This document shows positions 19,401 to 28,487 of a stretch of 64,000 bases of DNA, in pieces. Every line of letters begins with the position of its first letter. Within the stretch, counting starts at the first letter, position 1. Location of the stretch: the IMG/VR virus record IMGVR_UViG_3300046504_000138, positions 6,638 through 70,637 of that record, one strand, 5' to 3'. The position numbers were made by a program, and so were the translations under genes. Source of the stretch: a virus. The notes under the pieces are model-generated. The model saw nothing but the letters and a program-made list of their open reading frames with translations. It had not been told where the DNA came from and made no database searches.

Positions 19401-20077
19401 ATTCAGCAAACGATAAGGGTGACGAGATTCCAAAACGTAATATGACAGAAGAAGAACAAGATGAAGTTTGGAAGTATCGTTTTGGTCTTGGTGATCTGGT
19501 TTACGATAATGAAGTCGGCAAACGTTTTGAAGACCGTATGAAAAAAGATATGGGTGAAAAACTCTATAAGCAAAGACAGGAAAAACTTAAATTCCGTGGT
19601 AAAGCACCAATGTATAATAAAGACCCACAGCCAATTGATCAAACGACTGCAGATAAAGTACAGTTCGATAAAGAACAGACTGGTTGGAATGAAAGAGTTG
19701 GTTTAAAAGAAACTCAAATAACTGGTAAGTATTTTGATGATCTTGGCAAAAAGAAAATCATTGACTTTAATTTAAATGAAGTTTTAGAATTAAAATCAGA
19801 TAAAAGAGTACCTGAACTTAAAAAAGTAAGTCTTGAAGGTCTTGGAAACACATATACACAGAAAGTTAGTGTTAATGAAAATTTTGTTAAAGCAGTTGGT
19901 GGTTTTAAATTCTTTACTAATGGTCAGGATGTGTTTGCACTTAAAAATCCTGTTCAGAATTTAAGTGAAGGTATTGAAAAGGATAAAAAACCTGTTGTAA
20001 ACGAACAAATGGAAAAAATGAAACATCTTGTTGGTTATAATACTGCTACATTTGTTAAACAAAGTAAGATAATATAA
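16496..20077 (+). CDS. Large modular, probably internal head protein
   Basis: Many (I/L/V/M)xE sites separating small domains; DUF3008-like segment AKSIEQQRLFGMA...DFASTKHKGLP. Confidence 0.55.
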   Translation: MATFKPTTGTDPTPQGKKFETNFKKTMTQYNVNLGEVDSKLDEAEQSLKKKIFSLAKMEALVFSDPKLSSVYEEMSENGEEKYGYHYNETIQNMLFNDYVLNSPKYLQKYKQAQPKEKKRRDKSGINQLKKHGEEMQTRNLVTKPAPKPVTEADEQKTKVLFLVNEKDPNDPDLFAYFPEEEGDRKGNKTAYSHVGQHSAASPAYAEESRQATPEEYQDLKAELEGLGYNLEVLNGIGETTGAGGAGGGGGAFSGSGQYSAPLGYKKNVDEFTMMKGKPEQNVDVEAADEPQDDDCYIESNGFKYTVSCNGKFIKEFVEMDDALAAVKTWKEANNWYPNTWFISDHGNFSLIDDEGNIINETTGSGSSGAYYGPAMWGSGDLMHTKGKAKVKTVPMVKGGTIIGENKNYLIDPTGFEKYVERLNEADISYQTELGKRYQQSHTGSNQGLGVSEVPQTPEREQLKQGIDNNTSLYIGQDIDKMRDDDVKILHNDMTQKNSYFPHPNNPNLQNDGISGKAKEDNTIIDKTSAFTSDTVKHWNPSDTNIEMDTLKTGDPDKPDLNLMEDSGTKLETTQQLKDYIALKKTTTGKGLTRDDVPKVAGQALYDLAIQMADRFLSPVSWDELADTNSMWSYIRKEGGMTFEQLDVAVKKASKKRAKDDGTGFDKLLETNVNEFLGGDAVIGSDVKNIQPRAGEKPFVLNGSKWEFETATYDNGKKDIVVYSYKDDIYYDYLKWREAMGIDKNTQTMNEVKKIDEKAKSIEQQRLFGMAHAVQKGELPASKVGGAVKKIAKDVSPKDVEDFASTKHKGLPDKVSESAQDSIIADKPDSMSNKATPTSQQSSGIDQGTKSAGGGGSVSESYESLLEEINKELDAFSIHHDKLKRMAEDRKPSALVLRDRVGSENEKNFKSDLKDSSVAKEVDVENALEWKDQQTDVGKDPQKLGADIEKTEIKSADMKSGEALKDVGDSANDKGDEIPKRNMTEEEQDEVWKYRFGLGDLVYDNEVGKRFEDRMKKDMGEKLYKQRQEKLKFRGKAPMYNKDPQPIDQTTADKVQFDKEQTGWNERVGLKETQITGKYFDDLGKKKIIDFNLNEVLELKSDKRVPELKKVSLEGLGNTYTQKVSVNENFVKAVGGFKFFTNGQDVFALKNPVQNLSEGIEKDKKPVVNEQMEKMKHLVGYNTATFVKQSKII

Positions 20078-20078
20078 A

Positions 20079-20450
20079 ATGGGAAACATAACAGATAGAA
20101 TAAGTAAAGAACAGTTTGATACTGCATGCAATAATCATTTACCAAGTGGTTGGATTAAATTTGCATTCAAGTACTTTTCAAAAGAAACTGAAGCAAAAAA
20201 TATGGAAGTTAAAAATACTGTTGTATATACTCTTGGTGGATTATTTTTACTTGGATTAATAGCAGCAATGTTAAATTTCTCAGATAAAATTATTGGTATT
20301 TTTATTATACCATATTCAATTTTGTTAGGGGTATTGGTACTTTATTTATTTTCTGCGGTATTTTTAAACAACTACAGGATTAAACAAATCCGCAAAGAAC
20401 TTGGTATTACCCAAGATGAATATGATGCTTTAGTATCAGTATATTGTTAG
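20079..20450 (+). CDS. Two-TM membrane protein
   Basis: Two hydrophobic helices. Confidence 0.65.
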   Translation: MGNITDRISKEQFDTACNNHLPSGWIKFAFKYFSKETEAKNMEVKNTVVYTLGGLFLLGLIAAMLNFSDKIIGIFIIPYSILLGVLVLYLFSAVFLNNYRIKQIRKELGITQDEYDALVSVYC

Positions 20451-20472
20451 AAAAAATTAAGAAAATTTAGAG

Positions 20473-20499
20473 AAGGCATTAGAAATAGTGCCTTTTTTT
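20473..20499 (+). terminator. Intrinsic terminator
   Basis: AAGGCATTA-GAAA-TAGTGCCTT plus T-run. Confidence 0.75.
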
Positions 20500-20529
20500 A
20501 TGAATGAGTATTTATAGAAAAATATAATT

Positions 20530-21210
20530 ATGGTATCAATATTATCACAACAGAGATTAGATAATTTAAACTGCGTCTTGGGTTTAGATTGTTCAAAGTA
20601 TCAAAAAGACATTACTTGGAGTACTGCAAAAGCAGCAGGAATTCAATTTGCTTTTGTAAAAATTACTGAAGGACAAACAGGACATGAAGATGCTCTTTAT
20701 AATGTAAAGGCGAGAGTTCTTTCCGCACAACAAAATGGCGTAAAAATTGGTTATTATCATTTTGCCCGTCCTGGCGATGTTGGCGTTCCCGAAGATGATG
20801 CAAATGCAGAAGCACAAAATGTCTTAGGTCATATTGGTTATTTGCCTGTTGCCGATTTACCACTTGCTTTTGATGTTGAAGCATATGCAAGTACTGTTGT
20901 TTGGAACAATAAAGTAGATCACATGAATAGATTTATTACTGCATTTATTAAGGCAATGAGTGACCATAATATCGATGTTATTATTTATTCATATAAAAGT
21001 TTTCTTGACACCAATGCAAGTCCTAACTTTGGTTCATATCCTTTATGGATTGCTGCATATTTGAATTATCCTGAAGTTAATTTACCTGTAGTTCCCAATG
21101 GATGGACCGAATGGAAAATTTGGCAATTTACAGAACAAGGACAAATTGGTGGCTATACTGGAAATATTGATTTGAATATTATGCATAAAGATTATTTTGA
21201 TTCATTTTAA
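20530..21210 (+). CDS. GH25 muramidase (endolysin)
   Basis: GLDCSKYQ, FAFVKITEG, GYYHFA, DVE, LWIAAY, WQF and DLN motifs. Confidence 0.92.
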   Translation: MVSILSQQRLDNLNCVLGLDCSKYQKDITWSTAKAAGIQFAFVKITEGQTGHEDALYNVKARVLSAQQNGVKIGYYHFARPGDVGVPEDDANAEAQNVLGHIGYLPVADLPLAFDVEAYASTVVWNNKVDHMNRFITAFIKAMSDHNIDVIIYSYKSFLDTNASPNFGSYPLWIAAYLNYPEVNLPVVPNGWTEWKIWQFTEQGQIGGYTGNIDLNIMHKDYFDSF

Positions 21211-21213
21211 AAT

Positions 21214-21648
21214 ATGAGTACTGCTCAAAAATATATTATAGTAAAAGATCGTGTTGAAATCTACAAAGACTTCACCTTAAACTTATTATATTATATTATT
21301 GATTTTTATCTCGACAGAGAAACCCTCAGTGCTGATCAGGACATCAGAAATCATTTTATGTGGTGTTATAGAAAAGTTTGTGATGAATTCAAACAAGAAA
21401 GTTTGGATTTCAGCACTAATGATGTATTAAGGGAATATTTTTATCAATTTTATTATCATCAATTTTATAAATTAAAAACTGAGGAAAGTAATCACGATAG
21501 TTCATTGGCATTTTATGAAAAATTTTGGAGAAATATCTTTAAAATTGATAAGCAAAAGAACAAAAATGTAATAAACACATTGATAGAAGTCTATAATATT
21601 TTCGACACTTCAATAAATCAGGAAAAAAATATCTTGGAAATCGTCTAA
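21214..21648 (+). CDS. Hypothetical protein
   Basis: ORF in operon. Confidence 0.65.
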   Translation: MSTAQKYIIVKDRVEIYKDFTLNLLYYIIDFYLDRETLSADQDIRNHFMWCYRKVCDEFKQESLDFSTNDVLREYFYQFYYHQFYKLKTEESNHDSSLAFYEKFWRNIFKIDKQKNKNVINTLIEVYNIFDTSINQEKNILEIV

Positions 21649-21725
21649 AAACTCTTGCATATAGTATTTAATAGTGCTATATTTACAAGCATAAAAATAA
21701 TATTATTTTAAAAACAAATTTAAAC

Positions 21726-22010
21726 ATGGCAAATTTGAAACTCGACCTCTTAAACAAACTGAGGAATGACAAGTATTATGAAGAACTTGAATTGGTGCGT
21801 CTTGCACAAGACCCAAACACAAATTATAAGGAAAAAATTGACAGAATGTCTGATAGACTTATGACCATCAGTATTTTGAATGCACAGATGGGACTTGCTG
21901 AACAATACTTCCAAGAACCTGCACCAGTTGCAGCACCTGTAGCAGGAGCACCAGTACCTGGATCAGCACCTGCAGGAGTTGTACATCCGGGACAAACTTT
22001 TGGTGAATAA
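21726..22010 (+). CDS. Hypothetical protein with Pro/Ala-rich tail
   Basis: ORF after host-type promoter variant. Confidence 0.65.
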   Translation: MANLKLDLLNKLRNDKYYEELELVRLAQDPNTNYKEKIDRMSDRLMTISILNAQMGLAEQYFQEPAPVAAPVAGAPVPGSAPAGVVHPGQTFGE

Positions 22011-22013
22011 AAA

Positions 22014-22208
22014 ATGAACTTAGGAACTAAAATATCTGAGTTTCTATTTATATCTTCCATCATCTTTATTGTTTATATTCTTGGAAATTTGGCATTAAAG
22101 ATGTATGGAAGGTTTATTCTTGCCGAAGACGTAACATTTGAATTAAATACGTTTGAGAAAATAACACTATGGATTTCTTTGGCGTTATTTTTCTCATATA
22201 TAATATAA
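22014..22208 (+). CDS. Small two-TM membrane protein
   Basis: Hydrophobic ORF in operon. Confidence 0.6.
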   Translation: MNLGTKISEFLFISSIIFIVYILGNLALKMYGRFILAEDVTFELNTFEKITLWISLALFFSYII

Positions 22209-22212
22209 TAAA

Positions 22213-22710
22213 ATGAAAGAAGTTGAAGGAATTTTAACACCCATCGAAGGATACATGCTCTCAATTGAGAGAGATACTATCAATGGTTGGTATTTCATGA
22301 AAGTTGGAATACCAAAAAATTGGGTATTTGATGAAAACAATGAAATTGGATATGAAATACTTAGTGAGGCTAATGAAGGTAAATTATTGAAAATTTATCC
22401 CAAAAAGCAAACAATAGTTATTGATGATCTCATTGCATTTGTTGAAATTATTATCCACACCAATGAAACTATTGCAGCAAAAGAAAAAGAATTTGCTGAT
22501 CAAATGGAAGAATTCAAAAAGAATTTGGAGCAAAAAGCAAGTAACTTTTATAAAGAGTTAGATGAACTGAAAGACAATTCTTTTAAAAAACTTAATGATA
22601 AATTCGTTAATGAATTAATTACTGGAAAAAAACCAAGAAAACCCAGAAAGCCAAGAATTCCCGTAATAGTTACCCCACCTGAAAATCTCAACGAAGGCGG
22701 TTCGCAATAA
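22213..22710 (+). CDS. Hypothetical protein
   Basis: ORF in operon. Confidence 0.65.
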   Translation: MKEVEGILTPIEGYMLSIERDTINGWYFMKVGIPKNWVFDENNEIGYEILSEANEGKLLKIYPKKQTIVIDDLIAFVEIIIHTNETIAAKEKEFADQMEEFKKNLEQKASNFYKELDELKDNSFKKLNDKFVNELITGKKPRKPRKPRIPVIVTPPENLNEGGSQ

Positions 22711-22716
22711 ACTCTA

Positions 22717-23061
22717 ATGGCACTCGATAAGAAAATATTATCGGTTGATGCAGATGATGATGACGGTGTTGACATCAAATCATTTACATTATTCGTTCAA
22801 GAAAATACCAATAGAAACAAAAATTCTATTGCCAATCAATTTACAGAACTTGGCGAAGACCTTCTTGGTGAAATTGAAGAAAAAAAGCAGAGAAAAGAAA
22901 CCGAAAAGCAAAAACTTATTCCATATATTCTCAGGCACGATAAAAAATATTCTCAACGACAATTGAATTCGTATTCGTTTGAAGATGTCAAGGAAATACG
23001 TGATGAATTAAAAAATAAAAATATCTTCAGAAGAATATTTCACTTCATTTTTAACCTTTAA
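22717..23061 (+). CDS. Hypothetical protein
   Basis: ORF in operon. Confidence 0.6.
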   Translation: MALDKKILSVDADDDDGVDIKSFTLFVQENTNRNKNSIANQFTELGEDLLGEIEEKKQRKETEKQKLIPYILRHDKKYSQRQLNSYSFEDVKEIRDELKNKNIFRRIFHFIFNL

Positions 23062-23422
23062 GATTATCATTTATCGTATCCGGCTTGGCTTCGTTTAATA
23101 ATTGTTTTGTACCATCGCCCATTTGACCATTATCTTCGTTACCGCCACCAACAACTTCTTGTGAAGTTGGAGTTGTTTTAAGTCCAAAACTATTTTTGAA
23201 TCCTAATAAAGTAAGTACAAAACCAATTAATTCAACAAGAAGTACGTGATCTACTACTTTAGTTTTCCACATTACAATCAAACTCATTATGACAGTTGTA
23301 GTTAATAATATTAAACCAATTAGTGCTGTAAATCTTGTTATGCTATATTTTGCAGTATTGGTATCTCGCAAAATATCAAAGAAAAATCTACGAAAATTAT
23401 GACGTGTCATTTTTATTTCCAT
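23051..23422 (-). CDS. Holin-like two-TM membrane protein
   Basis: KYSITRF followed by two TM helices and a charged tail; own late motif at 23440-23448 (-). Confidence 0.55.
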   Translation of the reverse strand: MEIKMTRHNFRRFFFDILRDTNTAKYSITRFTALIGLILLTTTVIMSLIVMWKTKVVDHVLLVELIGFVLTLLGFKNSFGLKTTPTSQEVVGGGNEDNGQMGDGTKQLLNEAKPDTINDNLKG

Positions 23423-23486
23423 AATATGCTTGTTTTTCCCATAAATACATTATATTTGCATATAAATTATCTAATTCATTATAACT

Positions 23487-24335
23487 ATGGAACTTTTTGA
23501 AGAAGTATTCAATCCCGGCAGCATATACGATATGCTATTTTTCAATGTAAAAGCAGTTCTTATCTATCCTACCCTTGCAGAGTTGCAGAAAGAAAATCCA
23601 ACATTGTATGATCGTTGGAAGTATCTTTCAAAGAGCAAATATAATCTCGATATGGATACCTATCATGGCACTGCAGGCGCAATGCTTGATGAAACAATGA
23701 AATATGCTCAAATATCATATGAAGAAAAAGCAGTTTTTTATCCGGAGTTCACGAGAATTTTAGCAATAACCTATGGAACGGTTCGTAGTGAAAATGGTTT
23801 ACCTAAAAGATTTTTGAAAAAAATCGCAAATGAAGATGAATATCTGACACTTGTAACTTTCATGGATGTACTCTATGGCATTTCAAGTGAAGCCATACAG
23901 TCAAGTCCGCCATATTTTCCAATACTCTGTGGACATAACATAATGAGTTATGATATACCATTGTTAATCAAACGATTTTTGTTTCATAAAGATAAATTCA
24001 AAGAATTTAGAAGGAAAGAAAATCCTAATGAAATAAACAATCTATTGCCACTTATATTAAAAAAATGTTTAAGTGCTAAACCTTGGGAAAGCAAAATAGT
24101 TGATACTGTTAATGTTTGGAAATTTAATGGTAGTGATTATAGTCCATTAATGCTTGTTGCCGAACACCTTGGTTTAAAAAAGACAGTTGATTTGGATGCA
24201 TTACCCGATGTTAATAAAAAATATTGGAGTATGGAAGAAGCCAAGCCACAAGAAGCCTTGGAGTACGTGGCATTACAGTCTGCAACACAAACAAATCTTG
24301 TCATACAACTCATGACTCAGTTAAGAGACCTTTAG
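23487..24335 (+). CDS. PolB-type 3'-5' exonuclease-like protein, probably inactive
   Basis: LCGHNIMSYDIPLLIKR and DT..WKF motifs present, but ExoI reads FFNVKA instead of D-x-E. Confidence 0.65.
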   Translation: MELFEEVFNPGSIYDMLFFNVKAVLIYPTLAELQKENPTLYDRWKYLSKSKYNLDMDTYHGTAGAMLDETMKYAQISYEEKAVFYPEFTRILAITYGTVRSENGLPKRFLKKIANEDEYLTLVTFMDVLYGISSEAIQSSPPYFPILCGHNIMSYDIPLLIKRFLFHKDKFKEFRRKENPNEINNLLPLILKKCLSAKPWESKIVDTVNVWKFNGSDYSPLMLVAEHLGLKKTVDLDALPDVNKKYWSMEEAKPQEALEYVALQSATQTNLVIQLMTQLRDL

Positions 24336-24363
24336 TTTTCATTAAATCATATTTTTATTCTCT

Positions 24364-24400
24364 GAATTGAAGTAGATTTCATTATTTACTTCAATTCTTT
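24364..24400 (+). terminator. Intrinsic terminator-like hairpin
   Basis: 14-bp stem GAATTGAAGTAGAT/ATTTACTTCAATTC. Confidence 0.65.
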
Positions 24401-24426
24401 GGTATTTATATCAAAAGAGAATAAAT

Positions 24427-27357
24427 ATGAATTTAGATTTTCTTAGTTCAATCAAAATAAAGAATGTTTATGCCACATTACTTTCAGGAACTACTGTTTG
24501 TGGATTAACTGCTGTATATGGCACAAAAATATATGAAAATAGTACTTGCCTTGGCTTAACATATTTGGGCATTAATGCATGTGCTGTAGATTCAGCAAAA
24601 TTAAATAATAAATCTGCATCATATTATCTTAATACTGGCAGTACAGCATTATGTGCAACAACTGCAGGTAATGCTTTGGCATTGTGTGGTTGTGTGCCTG
24701 CAAGTTTTCTTCTTAGTGGTGGCACAGCAAAAAATAGTACTTGTTTAAACGGACAATTAGCAAGTTATTATATGACTGCAACAGTAGGATTAACTGGCGC
24801 AACAAATGGTTTAGGTACTACAAGTCAAAAAATTTGTCTTGGCGGTGCTTTAATAGCAGGAACTTCAATAACAGGTAACTATGCTTTATGTTTGGGTACT
24901 GTTGCAAGTAAGTTATCTGCAATAGATTTACATTCTGCAGGCAATACGACTATTGTAGCAGGAGCATTATTAATGTCATCAAGTGGTGCAACATTTACGG
25001 ATTTAACTTTAACAACTAAACAAGGTATTAAATATGCAAGTGATTATAGTTTAACATATGATCCACGTTCATTGGTTGATAAAGGATACGTTGATAGTGT
25101 TGCAACTGGATTGAATATTCACCAAGCAGTTTGTGCTGCAACAACAGGTCCTATTACATTGAGTGGTAATCAAACTATTGATGGTGTTCTGACAACTACA
25201 GGTAATAGAATTTTGGTTAAAAACCAAGCAGCAGGTCAAGATAATGGTATATATTCTGCAAATACAAGTACTTGGGGTCGTACAAGTGATTATCAAACAA
25301 ACGTTCAAGTTACTAATGGCGATTTGATCCCTGTTACAAGTGGTTCAACTCAAAATAGTTCAATTTGGGCATTAACAACACCTGAACCGATTACTGTCGG
25401 TACTACTGTTTTAACATTTACAGAATTTTCAACAGTCATTGATATCCAGGCTGGTGCAGGTATTGCTATTACTCAAGTAGGCGGTATACATACTGTTTGT
25501 GTTTTATTAGGAAGTAATTGCGGATTATCACTTGCTGGCACTGGATTATGTGTTAATTCCAATATTGCAGGAAGTTGTTTAAGTTATAGTAGTGGTGTTC
25601 TTAATGTTTGTGCTTCATGTTTCTTGGGTGCTACTGCTTGTGCTACTGATAGTGCAAAATTTAATAATGTATTACCAGCAGGATATCTTCTTAGTGGTGG
25701 AACTGCAGTTTGTGCAACAACTGCTGGTAATGCTTTATCTTTAGGTGGTGCATTAGCAAATACATATGCATCTTTAGCAAGTCCAAATTTTACAACATGT
25801 ATATGTACACCTGTAATGTGTTCAACAGGTGTGGTTAAAGGAACTATAATAAGTGGTTCAAGTTGTATTGAATCACCAGTTATTCGATTAACAACAGGTG
25901 CTGCAGCAGGATGTGTTTTCACGTCAAATGCCGGAGGTTGTGGTGTTTGGTGTTCTCCAACTACTGGTAATATCGTTTGGAGTGGTACAACAGCAAATGG
26001 TGTTGGTACGTATTATAGTTCAACATGTATAAAATCACAACCTAACATGACATTTGATGGCACAAAATTGGGTGTAACTGGAAATATATGTGCAACCACA
26101 TGCCTTTGTGGTGCTTGTACTTATGGTAGTACTTGTGTATGTACACCATATATGTGCGGTGCAACTACCTATGCCAGTACTTGTGTTTTTTCACCCATTT
26201 CGTGTGGTACTACTTGTGTTATTGGACCTATTGTACTTGGTTCTACTTGTGTTTGTGGTGCAATTGTATGTAGTAATACTTGTATTCTTGCAAGTACATA
26301 TATTTGTGCAACTACTTGTTTGGCTGGTTGTAGTCTTATTATTTGTAATACTTCAACAGGTACTGATGCAATAAAAATCTGCAATACGGCAACAAATGGT
26401 AGATTTTGGTCTGTAGGTGATGGTGCTGGTAGTTCACCGGGTATATTTGGCATATATGATAATACTGGTTCTGCATTAAGATTTAGTATCAATAGTACTG
26501 GTGTTGTTTGTGCTACAAATTGTTTTGCAGGTAGTGGTGCAGGGTTGACTGGTACTGCAAGCAGTTTAACTGTAGGTACAGCAACAAATGCTTTATCTTT
26601 AGGTGGTAATCTTGCAAATACTTATGCGCCACTTGCAAATCCTGTCTTTACTTGTTGTATTTCAAGTTGTGGTACTCACAAAATAGGAGTATATACATAT
26701 TTGGGTAATTTATACAGTGCCAGTGATACTTGGTTAGGTCAAAATGCATATCCGAATTTTGAAACGGCAGTTCAAATAAAATTAGGTAGTAGTTACACAG
26801 CAAGTGGTGCAGCAATACTTAATGTAGGTTTTAACGGTTTAAAATTTTATCAGTGGTCACCAGCATCAATATCTGGTTGTGTGGCTAATTCTGTTCTGAC
26901 ATTACCAGCACCAACATTAAATATTGGTGCTGATTGTAACACTTGTATATGTGGTTGTTTATGTCTAAGTAGTAATGGTACTGCTGCGGATTGGATTGCA
27001 ACTTCAGATTGCAGACTTAAAAAATGTATTAAACCAATTATGGATGCACTATCAACAGTGATGCAATTAGAGGGTGTTTGCTATGAATTATGTAGTGATG
27101 AAAAACATTTGAATCAAATTGGTCTTATTGCACAAAATGTTGAATTAGTGCTTCCAGAAGTAGTATCACACGGTATACCAAATGAAGAAGATTTTAAATA
27201 TGGTATTACTGATGACAAACTTGGTTTGAAGTATGATAAAATAACTGCTGTTCTTATCGAAGCAATCAAAGAACAACAAAAACAAATCGAAAAACAAGAT
27301 GAACAAATTGCTTGTCTTAGATATGATTTAAATTATTGGAAAAACTATAATACCTAA
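24427..27357 (+). CDS. Cys-rich tail fibre with C-terminal intramolecular chaperone (peptidase S74-like)
   Basis: Fibre motifs (DKGYVD, LSGNQTIDG, RILVKNQ...NGIY); C-terminal SDCRLK...GLIAQ.VE.VLPE.V...Y..I.A.LIEAIKE; ~61 Cys by hand count. Confidence 0.85.
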   Translation: MNLDFLSSIKIKNVYATLLSGTTVCGLTAVYGTKIYENSTCLGLTYLGINACAVDSAKLNNKSASYYLNTGSTALCATTAGNALALCGCVPASFLLSGGTAKNSTCLNGQLASYYMTATVGLTGATNGLGTTSQKICLGGALIAGTSITGNYALCLGTVASKLSAIDLHSAGNTTIVAGALLMSSSGATFTDLTLTTKQGIKYASDYSLTYDPRSLVDKGYVDSVATGLNIHQAVCAATTGPITLSGNQTIDGVLTTTGNRILVKNQAAGQDNGIYSANTSTWGRTSDYQTNVQVTNGDLIPVTSGSTQNSSIWALTTPEPITVGTTVLTFTEFSTVIDIQAGAGIAITQVGGIHTVCVLLGSNCGLSLAGTGLCVNSNIAGSCLSYSSGVLNVCASCFLGATACATDSAKFNNVLPAGYLLSGGTAVCATTAGNALSLGGALANTYASLASPNFTTCICTPVMCSTGVVKGTIISGSSCIESPVIRLTTGAAAGCVFTSNAGGCGVWCSPTTGNIVWSGTTANGVGTYYSSTCIKSQPNMTFDGTKLGVTGNICATTCLCGACTYGSTCVCTPYMCGATTYASTCVFSPISCGTTCVIGPIVLGSTCVCGAIVCSNTCILASTYICATTCLAGCSLIICNTSTGTDAIKICNTATNGRFWSVGDGAGSSPGIFGIYDNTGSALRFSINSTGVVCATNCFAGSGAGLTGTASSLTVGTATNALSLGGNLANTYAPLANPVFTCCISSCGTHKIGVYTYLGNLYSASDTWLGQNAYPNFETAVQIKLGSSYTASGAAILNVGFNGLKFYQWSPASISGCVANSVLTLPAPTLNIGADCNTCICGCLCLSSNGTAADWIATSDCRLKKCIKPIMDALSTVMQLEGVCYELCSDEKHLNQIGLIAQNVELVLPEVVSHGIPNEEDFKYGITDDKLGLKYDKITAVLIEAIKEQQKQIEKQDEQIACLRYDLNYWKNYNT

Positions 27358-27362
27358 GAGTT

Positions 27363-27953
27363 ATGGCAATGTGCAATAGTGGAAGTTTGGGCATGATAAG
27401 TGCACCACAAGGTGGATGTAGTAGTATATCATTGGCTGTTTGTGGTAGTGCACAAGCAAGCAGTTTATGTTCAATGTCTCTTGCTGCAGGTAAAATCGCA
27501 CCACATGCAATGAGTGAATTTCATGGATATGCACCAATAATACCTATTAGAATGTGTCAAACTGGTGGTGGTAACTGCGGAACTGCATATGCAACAAATA
27601 TTGGCTGTTTAACACCTGCAATTTCAGTTGTTGGTGATTGTTATTGTGTTTGTTTCTGTACACATATGTGTGTAACTACGGGTGGCGTGGGATATTCACA
27701 AATTATTATTCAACGTGCTGGAACAAATCAACTTTCTTGTTGTATTACTGCTGGACAGGCATGTATTAATCCATCTGTTTCATTTTTAGTTTCTAATGGT
27801 CAAGCAGTTAACATTAATCTTTATGCTTGTAAGAGTTGTCCCGGAGGATGTTGTGGTGGTTCATCGGCATGCGTTTGTTTAAATAGCATAACATCAGTTG
27901 TTGGTTGTTATAGTGCTGGTACTCCTGCCAATGAAATAGCAGTAACCAATTAA
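27363..27953 (+). CDS. Cys-rich tail-fibre-associated (adhesin-like) protein
   Basis: N-terminal SGSL...APHAMSEFHGY motif of fibre-tip proteins; ~22 Cys in 196 aa. Confidence 0.6.
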   Translation: MAMCNSGSLGMISAPQGGCSSISLAVCGSAQASSLCSMSLAAGKIAPHAMSEFHGYAPIIPIRMCQTGGGNCGTAYATNIGCLTPAISVVGDCYCVCFCTHMCVTTGGVGYSQIIIQRAGTNQLSCCITAGQACINPSVSFLVSNGQAVNINLYACKSCPGGCCGGSSACVCLNSITSVVGCYSAGTPANEIAVTN

Positions 27954-27974
27954 TATTTTTAATAGTAAAATCAA

Positions 27975-28151
27975 TTATTCGTGTTTTAAAGCATTACAAT
28001 CAATTTTAAGCCTTATAATTGTTCTGAGGTCTTCTGGTATATAATCCCATAGATATGTGCTAAAACCCTGCCAGAAGTCGTATTCCAACAATAATTTGAG
28101 TCTATCTTCAGCACTTAACTTCACCCAATAATTTTCTGCTTGTTGATCCAC
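27975..28151 (-). CDS. Small hypothetical protein (58 aa, GTG start, not in ORF track)
   Basis: VDQQAENYWVKLSAEDRLKLL...WDYIPEDLR...HE; late motif at 28174-28182 (-). Confidence 0.65.
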   Translation of the reverse strand: MDQQAENYWVKLSAEDRLKLLLEYDFWQGFSTYLWDYIPEDLRTIIRLKIDCNALKHE

Positions 28152-28184
28152 TGATTAAAAGTACTTATCAATAGATAAATACTT

Positions 28185-28487
28185 TTAAACCCAAGTAAGG
28201 TGACTTGAAAAACTACCTTCTATGTATGGAGCATCACAATAACCTTCAAATTCTTCATCCGACATAAATGCTCTTTTCTTTTTATCTTCATGATACAATA
28301 AGGCATTCAGCATATCGAATATCGTATTATGAAACGTATATGTATTTCTCTCATGATCAAAAGAGTAAACAAGTGTTTCTCTCCAATTTTCATGCTGAAC
28401 TTCTGATGAATAATTTAAGAGTATTCCAATGGTATATCTGCCATCGGAAAACTCTTCATTATGAATTTCCTTTATGTGCGTTATCAT
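28185..28487 (-). CDS. Hypothetical protein
   Basis: ORF downstream of the SLT gene; start uncertain. Confidence 0.6.
   Translation of the reverse strand: MITHIKEIHNEEFSDGRYTIGILLNYSSEVQHENWRETLVYSFDHERNTYTFHNTIFDMLNALLYHEDKKKRAFMSDEEFEGYCDAPYIEGSFSSHLTWV

Noticed and set aside
24427-27953. Diversity-generating retroelement acting on the tail fibre
   Set aside because: No reverse transcriptase or template/variable repeat pair was seen; the internal similarities are ordinary fibre repeats
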